Shown: positions 22,666 to 32,300 of the stretch, in pieces
How the letters are laid out: every line of letters starts with the position of its first letter
How positions within the stretch are numbered: position 1 is the stretch's first letter
Assembly (NCBI GenBank): GCA_973895155.1
Contig: OZ316898.1
Location: forward strand, 10,686,486 to 10,721,537
Source of the DNA: Marsupella aquatica
Lineage: Eukaryota > Plantae > Marchantiophyta
Length of the DNA: 35,052 bases
Direction of reading: 5' to 3'
The notes under the pieces: model-generated
What the model saw: the letters and a program-made list of their open reading frames with translations, nothing else
The model's database searches: none
What the model was told of the DNA's origin: nothing
Position numbers and translations under genes: made by a program

Positions 22666-25600
22666 TTATGTGTGACTTCCCGTGACGGGGTACCCGTCAC
22701 ATAGCTCCTCTCTTAATTGCGAAGCGCCCCCGCGAGCACCATACTCTTCCTCCGTGTAGTACTTCTTTAGGCGCTCTTGATTGATCCGTGTGTTGAGTAG
22801 TTGCCCCTCCAATGTCTTGAGTTGAACCGAGCCGTTGGAGTAGACGGCATCCACTACGTAGGGTCCCATCCACCGTGTATGCAACTTCCCGGGGAAATGC
22901 ATGAAGCGGCTATCGTAGAGGAGCACCAAATCTCCCTCCTCAATGGACACACGACGGAGACGGGAATCGTAATGTGACTTGCGTTTGCCTTGCTCCTGCT
23001 CCGTATGTGTCAAAGCCTCTTCTCGTGTCTCCGTGAGTTGCTCCAACTGTTGGATCCGTGAAGCGACACTTTCTTCTGCCCCTTCCCTTTCCCGTGTTAG
23101 GATTCGAATGGTTGGAACCTCAAATTCCACCGGCACAAGAGAGTGTTGTCCAAACACAAGGAAATAGGGGCTGTGGCCCGTGGTAGTCTTGTGAGCCAGG
23201 TTGTAAGCGTAAGTGGCAGCCAACAACTTCAAATCCCAATCGGTCTTGTGAGCGGATACCGTTTTGTTGAGGATCTTGCCCATGATCCCGTTGGCTCTCT
23301 CAGTGAGCCCGTTGGCTCGAGGGTGGTACGGAGTGGTCTTCCTATGTGAGATCAAGTAGTTCTCCGTCAAACGTTCAATCGTATGATTGAGGAAGTGAGT
23401 ACCCCTGTCACTTACCAACTCCAATGGTGGACCAAATCGTGTAAAAATCTGCTCATACAAAAAACGTGCCGTGGTGTTGGCATCATCCTTGGCAGTAGCT
23501 CGGGCCTCCACCCACTTGGTGGCATAGTCCGTTGCAAGAATGATGTAGCGCTTCCTCCCTCTTCGTGTGATGGGAGTGAAAGGGCCAATGAAGTCCACCC
23601 CCCACTTCTCAAAGGGTGCAAGAGGAAGTATGGGCACCAATGGGTGTCGTGAGGAGGGCCCTGGTTTGCCTTGACGCTGGCACGGATCACATCGCTGGAT
23701 GTACCGGTGTACATCCCGAAAGAGAGTTGGCCACCAATATCCAGCATCTAGTATTTTCCTTGCGGTGGTCTCCCGTGCAAAGTGGCCACCAGCTTCCTCC
23801 TCATGTAATGCTGCCATGACTGTACGTATCTCCGCTTCCTCCAAACAACGACGAAGTCGGCCATCCATGCCGTACTTGTGAAGTACTCCCTTCACAAGCA
23901 AGTAGGGACCTGTCTTACGCAAAAACACTGCTGCTCTCTCCGGGCCCAAACGTGAGGGAACTCTAGCCGTGCGGAGAAATTCCAAAATTTCTCCATACCA
24001 AGTAGTGGCCTCTGTATTCACGCTGAACACTTCCTCATCCGGGAACCGATCATCAATCTCCTGGGAGTCAGATGCTCCCTCAATACGGGAGAAGAAGTCT
24101 GCATTGCTATGACTCTTCCCCGATCTTACTCTCACCTCATAGTTGAACTCTTGTAGCAACAAAACCCAACGTGCAATTCTCCCGGACAGATCTGGCTTGT
24201 TGACCATGTATTTCAAGCTGTTGTGATCCGTGTGGAACACAACCTTGTACCCCAACAAATAATGACGATACTTCTTACAAGCGTAGATGATACCAAGTGC
24301 CTCCCTATCGGTGGGTGAGTAGTTTTTCTCTGCCGGGGCCAACTGCCTACTGGCAAAGTAGATGGGATGGTCTCTTCCATCATCATCTAACTGACTCAAA
24401 ACGGCACCAATGCAAAATCCTGATACGTCTACGTAAACATGGAATTCCTTATTCCAATTGGGCGTAATGAGCACGGGGGCCTCTAGCAATCGTTTCTTCA
24501 ATTCATCAAAAGCAGCCTGACGGGAAGGAGTAGGTTCAAACTCACTTCCTTTTTTCAACATGGAAGTGAGTGGCATGGCTACCTTGGCAAAGTCTTTGAT
24601 GAAGCGTCGGTAGTAGCCAACACACCCCAAGAACCCTCTCACTTCCTTCACATTCTTGGGAAATGAGACTGCTACCCACACGGCGACCTTCTCACGATCA
24701 ACTTCAATCCCTCGTGCAGACACTTTGTGGCCCAATAGGATTCCCTCCTCAATTCCAAAGAAACATTTCTCCGGATGCAGCTTCAGGCAAGTCTCCCGGC
24801 ACCGCTGAAAAGTCAACCGTAAGTGTTCCGGATGCTTGACTCGTTTGCCGTAGACAGCAAAGTCATCAATAAAGATCTCCAAGAACCTGCGTAAAAAGTC
24901 ATGAAATATATTCATCATGAGCCGTTGGAACATGCCAGGGGCATTGCACAACCCAAAAGGCATTCTCCGGAATGCAAAAATCCCCCACTCTGTTGTGAAA
25001 GCCGTCTTGAGTTGGTCCTCCTCCCGTATCCAGATTTGGTTGTACCCAGAGTAGCCATCCAAGAAGCTGTATATCTCCCAACCTGCTACCATGTCCAACA
25101 CGATATCCGTGAACGGTAGCGGGTAGTGATCCTTCTTGGTCGCATCATTCAACTTTCGAAAATCTTGGCACACCCGTATTTTCACCTTCCCGTCTGGCCC
25201 CTTTTTCTTGGGCACGATTACGATGGGTGACACCCACTCACTATGCATGACCGGATAAATGAATCCTGCATCCAACAAACGGTCAATCTCCTCCTTCACC
25301 ATGAGTGAGTATTTGGGGTTGAGGCGGTATTGGCGTTGCCTCACAGGTCGTGCTCCTGACATCAGGTCAATGCTGTGCTCACCAAACTCAGGTGGCACTC
25401 CTTTCAAATCTTGGTGGCTCCACGCAAATACGTCTTGGTACTCTTTCAACAATTCCTGAATCGTGCGTTGCTCCGTAGCATCCAACTTACTACCAATGTT
25501 GAGTGTCTTGCCCTCACCCACTTCCACCTTTGTGTACTGCTCCGGCCTGATCACGTCCAACTTGTTGCGTGTCTCCTCATCAAAGGTTTCTTCCAACCGT

Positions 25601-28600
25601 GCGAGCCTCATCCCTCCATACACCGGTGCATCACTCTCCTCCTGGTCTGGTCGGGATGGAGGTGGATCCTTTGTCACATGGGCCATTATTTCTTCAACGT
25701 CAGATTCTTTGTAATGTGACAATAGCTCCTCTCTAAAGTCATCATCCAGGATGTCATTCAAAAACTGCTCTCTTTGCTCATCATCAAACATGATCGTGTG
25801 GGCTTGCATTTCCACCTCCTCGGGGTGATCCTCTGCCTCCCTATCATGAATCTCTAGAGGTTCAGCCTCCACAATTTTGCTTCGCTCGTCTTCCATCTCT
25901 TCTAGAACAGCGTGCACTTGGCTAACTGATTCCTCTACTGCATGCTCTTGAGTAGCAACTCCGGGGCCAAAAACATCTTCCTCCGTGAGGTGAGAAATCA
26001 GTTTCACCATGTATACTTCATCCTCGTCTTCATCTGAGGTGACCTCTGAATCATATTCCTCCTCCATAGTCGTAGTCTCCCCGTGAGGTGACTCCGCTGA
26101 CCATGGAATAGTGATAGTGGGGATACCAAACCGAAACTGCCGTTTGCCCCAATCACTTGTGACCTTGGCCACATACAACCATGGCCTGCCAATTAAAATG
26201 GGAAAACCGTACGGCCGAACGGGTCGCATCACCAAATAGTTGAGGGGGAAAGATTTTCCCCCAATCATTGTTGGAATCTTGGTGAGACACCCCAACGGCA
26301 CCACCCGTGCACCATCAGCCAACCTCATGGCACGTGCCGGTGGTTCTAACTCTGTATACCCCAACCGGTTTGCCGTCTCCTCAGTCATGATGTTGACTCC
26401 CGAGCCCCCGTCCACCGGTACAAACCGTATTGCACATCCATTGATGTCCACCGTGAGTTCTGGGGCACCCAAATCCTCCGTGACCCAGTTGACTTGTATG
26501 GGGTCAGCCCCAACTTTGGGTAACCTTCTTCTACGTCTCCTCCTCATGAGAATCTCCTTGACTTGGCGACGGTATAGGGAGCTATCCCGTAATAGTTGAC
26601 CAATTGTGGCACTGACTGGGCAATCCAGAATGTCTTGAGCAATGTTGTACGCGGTTGCAGGAGGTATGGGTGGGATGACCTCTTCTCCCGGTTTCCAACG
26701 AACAACCCTCTCCTCCGCTTTCTTTCTGGCCTTTGCCTCCTCCATGTCTTTGTCAATGGCCGCTTGCATGGCTTGTGCTTCTAGCTCCTCCAACTGCTTA
26801 CGTACCTCTTCTCCCACCTTCGGATAGAACAACTTGGGGTTGTCCCGATCAAAGTCACTATCCTCCATGGGTGGCACCTCCGGTTCGTGTGAGGTACCCG
26901 ATGTGGAAGCTTGATGCACCTCCTTGTACTTCTGCTTGAGCTCGGACTTGCCCTTCTTTTTGCCGGATCGAGTGGAGACTCGGTAACAAGAGTAATGCCT
27001 TCTCTCCTCGTCGCTGTCTTCCTCCGGTAGATTCTCAGCATGAGTCCACTCATGACTTGGGGGTGAGGGGTTAGCAACTTCAACTTCCGTAGATGTTGCA
27101 ACAACAACCACCGGTATCTCAACAACTGGAGATACTACAACGACTAGCGGTACCACCTCCTCCGTTATGGTGGTCATCCTTTGCTTGGGAATGTTCACTA
27201 CGGTTTCTTCTCTTCTAGTGATTAGAGGGGTGTCGACTGCTTCCGTGGTGAGAAAGTTGACGCTAGCTTCTTTCAGAGGAGGTGGCGGCCCCTTCTTCTC
27301 TTGTGCCCCAATCGGTTGAGCCTTGAACGCCTCCAAGGTTGGGCAGTGTGGTGCAAGATGACCCTCCCCCTTGCATAGTTGACACAGCCGGGCAAAATCT
27401 CCATTGCCTTGACGGGTGGGCTCTGGGCACACATTAGCGTAGTGGCCCGCCACTCTACAATTGTAACAAATAGGGATCTTCCTCACTCCAGGGTACGGTG
27501 GTCGATTCCCTGGGTTAGCGTTGGGATAGTTGGAGTATGCGGGTGCTCCGGCGTTTGTTGAAACTCCATGAATGCTCCGTGGTCCCGGGTTGAGAGGTTG
27601 TACACTATACACGTTGGCCTCTGGTGGCTCCTCCATGAAGTACTCTATTGGCCCTTCCGCTGCATATGAAGGATTTGAGTAGCTTGCCCCCTCAACATCC
27701 TCCTCCCGTACTTGGAAAACCTTGGCTGGTTCTCCCGCTGGGCACTCCTTCGGGGCATGACCAAACTTCATGCACTTGGTGCACCACACATTGGCTCTCT
27801 CCACCGGAACTTTTCTCCTCTCAGGTTTGAGTCCGGCAAAATGTACTTTCAACGCTTTCATTTGCTCCGTCAGCTCATCATATCTGGCCTCTTGCTCCTT
27901 CAGGCGTCTTGCCGTAGACAATGGTGTAACGGCCACCGTGGGTAGTATCACTTCACGGTGAGAGGACTTCTTGACTTTCTTTGACAACTTCTTCTTCTTC
28001 CTCCTTCGTCTTTCAGCTTCTGACTCCGTAGTGTCTGACTCTGTAGTACTCTCAGAATCCTCAGATTCATCACTACTATCTGAATCAGATCCACTCGACT
28101 CCTCACTGGAGGAACTGTCAACCGGCTTCAGCTTCTTTCTTCGGCAACGCTTGCTTGTGGCATCAGCTGCGGTGTATGACTCCGCTGCTGCAATAGCTTC
28201 AGCCAATGTGGTTGGCTTGGCTTGACGTACAAAGAACCCCATCTTGCTTGGTAGGGCAGCCACAAACCAGGCTTGACGCATAGCATCATCGGTACGGGCT
28301 TGGATCCGACGTACCAGCTTTTGGAACCTTTGCAAAAACCTCCGTAATGACTCCTTCTTCTTCATCCTGAGTTGGCCCACCTTTAATAGTGAGGTGGCCT
28401 CCACTCCTATGGATCTGAACTCCTTCAAGAAGGCTTGCTTGAACAGAGCCCAATCAGCTTTCACGTTGGCCAACAACGAAATGAACCATGGACCTGCCTC
28501 CCCTCTCATCATTCCAGGAATGATAGTGAGCTTATGTGCAGACTCCCCATTAGCTTCGGCAATCCCTTCAAACTCCTCAATCCATTCGTCTGGATCATCC

Positions 28601-29064
28601 TTTGGTCTCCCCTTGAAGGGTACGTACTGAACACGGGTACGTTGTGCAGCTGCCATCGGTGCAGCCGGTGCCTGTATCAACACAGGTGGTAATGGCGCTT
28701 GTTGGGCCACCGGTAACAGCACCGATGATAGGTGTGAGATGATTTGTGGCAATGCAGTGAGCTCTGGGATCAGATTTTGTAACTCAGACTGCACCAACAC
28801 AAAGGGCTCTCCTTCTTCTCGCTCGTGATCTATGTCTGGCTCTTCGTCTGGGCATATGGCCTCATTACGTTGAGCCTCTTCCTGTTGCACACCAACTTGT
28901 TCTTCCAGCACCAGTGGCAACCTCCTCTCTTCTGCAAGCCGTAAGCGTTCTTCGGCAGCAACTCGTCGTCTGGTCCCAATCCAAGAGGGCCCCCCTTCTA
29001 GCTCTGATCTTGGGGTACGTGTGTGTTGGGGACTTCCTCTACCTCCCCTTCTCCCTCTCGGCAT
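22666..29064 (-). CDS. gag-pol: Gag-Pol polyprotein, 2132 aa, single intact ORF
   Basis: Gag (FKGRPKDDPDEWIEEF), three CX2CX4HX4C knuckles, STRSGK, protease VDGGSGVNIM, RT (CQDFRKLN, FLDGYSGYNQI, MPFGLCNAP, FIDD), RNase H (VDVSGFCIGAVL, TDH), integrase HHCC plus WGVDF/SDRG/ERAN and GPY. No chromodomain seen. Confidence 0.97.
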   Translation of the reverse strand: MPRGRRGGRGSPQHTRTPRSELEGGPSWIGTRRRVAAEERLRLAEERRLPLVLEEQVGVQQEEAQRNEAICPDEEPDIDHEREEGEPFVLVQSELQNLIPELTALPQIISHLSSVLLPVAQQAPLPPVLIQAPAAPMAAAQRTRVQYVPFKGRPKDDPDEWIEEFEGIAEANGESAHKLTIIPGMMRGEAGPWFISLLANVKADWALFKQAFLKEFRSIGVEATSLLKVGQLRMKKKESLRRFLQRFQKLVRRIQARTDDAMRQAWFVAALPSKMGFFVRQAKPTTLAEAIAAAESYTAADATSKRCRRKKLKPVDSSSSEESSGSDSDSSDESEDSESTTESDTTESEAERRRRKKKKLSKKVKKSSHREVILPTVAVTPLSTARRLKEQEARYDELTEQMKALKVHFAGLKPERRKVPVERANVWCTKCMKFGHAPKECPAGEPAKVFQVREEDVEGASYSNPSYAAEGPIEYFMEEPPEANVYSVQPLNPGPRSIHGVSTNAGAPAYSNYPNANPGNRPPYPGVRKIPICYNCRVAGHYANVCPEPTRQGNGDFARLCQLCKGEGHLAPHCPTLEAFKAQPIGAQEKKGPPPPLKEASVNFLTTEAVDTPLITRREETVVNIPKQRMTTITEEVVPLVVVVSPVVEIPVVVVATSTEVEVANPSPPSHEWTHAENLPEEDSDEERRHYSCYRVSTRSGKKKGKSELKQKYKEVHQASTSGTSHEPEVPPMEDSDFDRDNPKLFYPKVGEEVRKQLEELEAQAMQAAIDKDMEEAKARKKAEERVVRWKPGEEVIPPIPPATAYNIAQDILDCPVSATIGQLLRDSSLYRRQVKEILMRRRRRRRLPKVGADPIQVNWVTEDLGAPELTVDINGCAIRFVPVDGGSGVNIMTEETANRLGYTELEPPARAMRLADGARVVPLGCLTKIPTMIGGKSFPLNYLVMRPVRPYGFPILIGRPWLYVAKVTSDWGKRQFRFGIPTITIPWSAESPHGETTTMEEEYDSEVTSDEDEDEVYMVKLISHLTEEDVFGPGVATQEHAVEESVSQVHAVLEEMEDERSKIVEAEPLEIHDREAEDHPEEVEMQAHTIMFDDEQREQFLNDILDDDFREELLSHYKESDVEEIMAHVTKDPPPSRPDQEESDAPVYGGMRLARLEETFDEETRNKLDVIRPEQYTKVEVGEGKTLNIGSKLDATEQRTIQELLKEYQDVFAWSHQDLKGVPPEFGEHSIDLMSGARPVRQRQYRLNPKYSLMVKEEIDRLLDAGFIYPVMHSEWVSPIVIVPKKKGPDGKVKIRVCQDFRKLNDATKKDHYPLPFTDIVLDMVAGWEIYSFLDGYSGYNQIWIREEDQLKTAFTTEWGIFAFRRMPFGLCNAPGMFQRLMMNIFHDFLRRFLEIFIDDFAVYGKRVKHPEHLRLTFQRCRETCLKLHPEKCFFGIEEGILLGHKVSARGIEVDREKVAVWVAVSFPKNVKEVRGFLGCVGYYRRFIKDFAKVAMPLTSMLKKGSEFEPTPSRQAAFDELKKRLLEAPVLITPNWNKEFHVYVDVSGFCIGAVLSQLDDDGRDHPIYFASRQLAPAEKNYSPTDREALGIIYACKKYRHYLLGYKVVFHTDHNSLKYMVNKPDLSGRIARWVLLLQEFNYEVRVRSGKSHSNADFFSRIEGASDSQEIDDRFPDEEVFSVNTEATTWYGEILEFLRTARVPSRLGPERAAVFLRKTGPYLLVKGVLHKYGMDGRLRRCLEEAEIRTVMAALHEEEAGGHFARETTARKILDAGYWWPTLFRDVHRYIQRCDPCQRQGKPGPSSRHPLVPILPLAPFEKWGVDFIGPFTPITRRGRKRYIILATDYATKWVEARATAKDDANTTARFLYEQIFTRFGPPLELVSDRGTHFLNHTIERLTENYLISHRKTTPYHPRANGLTERANGIMGKILNKTVSAHKTDWDLKLLAATYAYNLAHKTTTGHSPYFLVFGQHSLVPVEFEVPTIRILTREREGAEESVASRIQQLEQLTETREEALTHTEQEQGKRKSHYDSRLRRVSIEEGDLVLLYDSRFMHFPGKLHTRWMGPYVVDAVYSNGSVQLKTLEGQLLNTRINQERLKKYYTEEEYGARGGASQLREELCDGYPVTGSHT
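22702..22714 (-). other. Polypurine tract
   Basis: AAGAGAGGAGCTA on the minus strand immediately precedes the 3' LTR. Confidence 0.75.
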
Positions 29065-29281
29065 CCCATTGAGACCTGCATTCCAAACTTACACCAATGT
29101 CTCAGAAAGCAATATTTGTAAACATCAACCGTCGCACGATGCGTTGTGGTTGACGTACAATAACAAAGTAACCAACAAACTTCTCACGTATCAACCGTCG
29201 CAAGTTGCGTTGTGGTTGATAGGTTTGAACTCCCAATAGACGTAGCTCCCCTCCTTCGTGTCGTCAAACAAGAAGAAGGAT

Positions 29282-29299
29282 TCCCCGGCAGCGGCGCCA
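29282..29299 (-). other. Primer binding site, tRNA-Asp type
   Basis: TGGCGCCGCTGCCGGGGA on the minus strand, one mismatch from the Athila-type TGGCGCCGTTGCCGGGGA; lies 20 nt from the LTR edge. Confidence 0.85.
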
Positions 29300-29319
29300 A
29301 AAACAAAAGACCACACTTA

Positions 29320-32300
29320 TGTCACTTGCCTCTCCAACGGTTAATACGTGCAAACCGCACTTTTCTTCGCTTAAACCGTTGGTATCGTATTACGGGGTCG
29401 TGGAGGGACGCTATTTGGATTCTTTTCACACCAGGATGAGTATTTTGGTTTCCGCTCCCGGAAATGTAGGTTTTGATCAAGTCTACCGACTACCCTCACC
29501 CCACAGCTTTTGATCAAGTCCTGCCGACTACCCCACTACACCTTCACTCGGAGTCACCCAAAGAGTGCTGTCACCACCCCTACTCACAAGGCCGACTCAA
29601 ACCAAGCAAGTTTCTTCAAATCATAGAACGGGAGAACACAATTCGGAAAGCGAAAAAGGGAGAAGGAACACACAACAAAAGCCCATCAAGTCAAATGTAC
29701 AGATCCATATCTCTTGGGAAAAACGATACACATTGCATGAGTAACCCGGCCTCCTGCCGTCTACTCAACTCCTGCCTCTCCGGACAATGAGTATGGCTCC
29801 CCCTCACTACTCTGAACACGCTTTCAAACTCCTCAGGCTCCACTCTATCCCTCCTTGCTAACTTCACACTGAGTCCCCCTAACTACTTCGGGGCTATCCC
29901 CCTAAATACTGAAAAATCACACCAAAGCACCCCTCACAGGGTCACAACGGTGGCGGCTACCCTAGCGGCGCCGCTAAAACCTTGCACTAAGAGAAATCCT
30001 TAAACTGAAGAGGAGCATGCGGCACACACATGCTGCTAAAACCCTAAACCCAAAACAAGGGGGCCGACGGTGCCTTCGACGGCGCCCCAACAGTACACGT
30101 GAACCCTGAAAGTGAGAGGCACCCCAAAATGGCCGAAACTAGGTGCCCTTCCAAGTGCACACCTGAGCTCACCCCTGGATAGCTCTTCTTTTCCTGCTTC
30201 CGAATCACTAAGTCGCTCCCTCAACGGACTTCAGACGCCTGAGTTATGGCCGTTTCCGTACCGCAAAAACATAAGTTCTCCAGGCCATAACTTGCTCATC
30301 CTGGCTCCGTTTGAGGAGCGCCGCCTCTTGTTGGAATCAGCTCCGCGAGCTCATCCCAACAAGCCCATGAGTGACCCCCCACTAAAATGTTGGAAATCTG
30401 GAGGCCGTACACCCACGTCCGTACGCCTATCTAATCCTCCTCTTCTTCTTCGCTCTCGGTGCCCGGACTTGTGCCCCGTGAGTGGTCCTCCTCCTCATCA
30501 CTCACGGGAGTGAGTGCCACCGTACTTTTCTTCTTCTTCGACGGAGTACTCTTAGTGCTGCTGCTCCCGCGCTTCCTCAAAGCAGCCAAGGCCTGCCACG
30601 CCTTGATGTACCCCTCACCAATTGTGTCCTTCCAGAGGGTAGCCTCTTCTCCGGACCGCAACTCCAACGGTAGAACTTGCCCCGTGGCCATGGGAGTCCC
30701 GGGGGTGACAGACCTGGGTGGCATCCCCGTACTGACCTGAGCCTCCCGTAACGATTTCCGTACCTCCCGGAGCTTCTTCTCCAAGCTCTTACTCTTCTCC
30801 TGACTCTTCTTGGCTCCATCCAACAAGGGTCCATACTTCCCACTAACCTCCTTCACCACCATCTCGATAGCTTGGGAGATCACATCCGGGGAAAGTGTGG
30901 AGCCAGGTGTGCCGGGACTCTTCCGTTTCCCTAGACTCAGGGCCTCACTTCTCTTCGCTCGTGTCTCAAAGGCTGCCACCTGACTCCGTAGTGCTCCCAC
31001 CTGGTTCCTCCACTCCATCACTTCTCCAGAATTTTGCTTCTCTTTGGCCAATGCTTGCCTCAACGCTCCTACTTCTTCTGCTTCCTTGGCCTTGGTGGAC
31101 AAAGCTCCCTTCAAGTTGGTGATCTCTACGTGAGCTGCATTGATGTGCCTGACCTTCTCATGAATGGTCTGCTCCTTGGTCTTGATCACCTCCTTCAGTG
31201 ACAGGATGCTCTGCTCTAACGTCTCTACTTTGACTGTGGCGTGCTTGAGAGACTCCCTCAATGCGTGGACTAGCTTGAGTCCCTCGTGGACTCCCTCTCT
31301 GAAATCCCGTAGCTCTGCCAAGTAAACATCCGGAATGTTGTATTCCAGAGGCTGTTTCGGATCTCCCACGAGTGATTCAAGCCACTCCAATGTGCAATCA
31401 TCCTCCTGGTTCTCTTCTTCTCTATTATCCTCCCCACCAGCAGACAATGATTCCTCCGTGAGCTTCCCTAAAACGGTAGTGGCAATACTCCGGATCTCCG
31501 TGGTGAGAGATGATCCCGTGTCTTCATGCCCCGGAGAACCAATCAACCCTTCTGCCCTGGCCAATACAAATGACCCCATCAAATGTACAGCCCCACCTGG
31601 TTTCACACTCCCGGGCTCAGCGGCCAATAGCTTCTTCAATCCGTAGCACCACCATCCGTACACATGGGCTGGGTAGTTCTTGATGTCCATAGCTACCACG
31701 AAATGCTCCTCATTCAGCACTCCGGATTGCACGTTGCCAAGAACCCGTTGATGCACCTTGGCCAGGAAGCCCTTATACTCAACATCCTTGACAGCAGAAA
31801 GAGGGATGGCGGTGGTGGAGGTAGGATTGGTCACCCAAGTGGCCACCATTTTCAACGTGAGTTCTCCCCTGATATTCCGAGGTGTGAATGAGAATTTCTG
31901 ATTCTCAAGAAACAATAGCTTAGCCAACTCCACATGGGGCACTACACGTTTGAGACATTCAAAGTAGATTCCCTCCGTTCGGAACTCCATCCCGGCCTCA
32001 ATGTCCCAGCTCTTCCCTGAAGGGATGGTAATCTCCACCTTCATGAATTCTGTAAGCCCGGTGGCTTGGAAAATGTTCCGACAATCCTCCATCACCTTGG
32101 TGGAGGTCTTGGGATAAATTCGACGAAAAATCTTCCTACCCACCGGTGAGGAACCCGCTGCCAATCCCGTGCTCATCATAACTTCTCTCTCTTCCCTTTC
32201 CCGTGTAATCCGAGTCTCCACGTAGTCACGGTAAGCAGCCTTGTATCTCCGAATGCGTGACGCACTAAACTCTGGTTGATCTAGCATCCATGCATCCCGA

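Larger units (their letters stand above)
18624..22701 (-). repeat. 3' LTR (4078 bp)
   Basis: TGTCACTTGCC...CCCGTCACA; direct repeat of 29320-33304; adjacent to the PPT. Confidence 0.97.

Noticed and set aside
30431-32287. env gene
   Set aside because: No evident signal peptide or transmembrane helix; coiled coil and NLS-like features instead.
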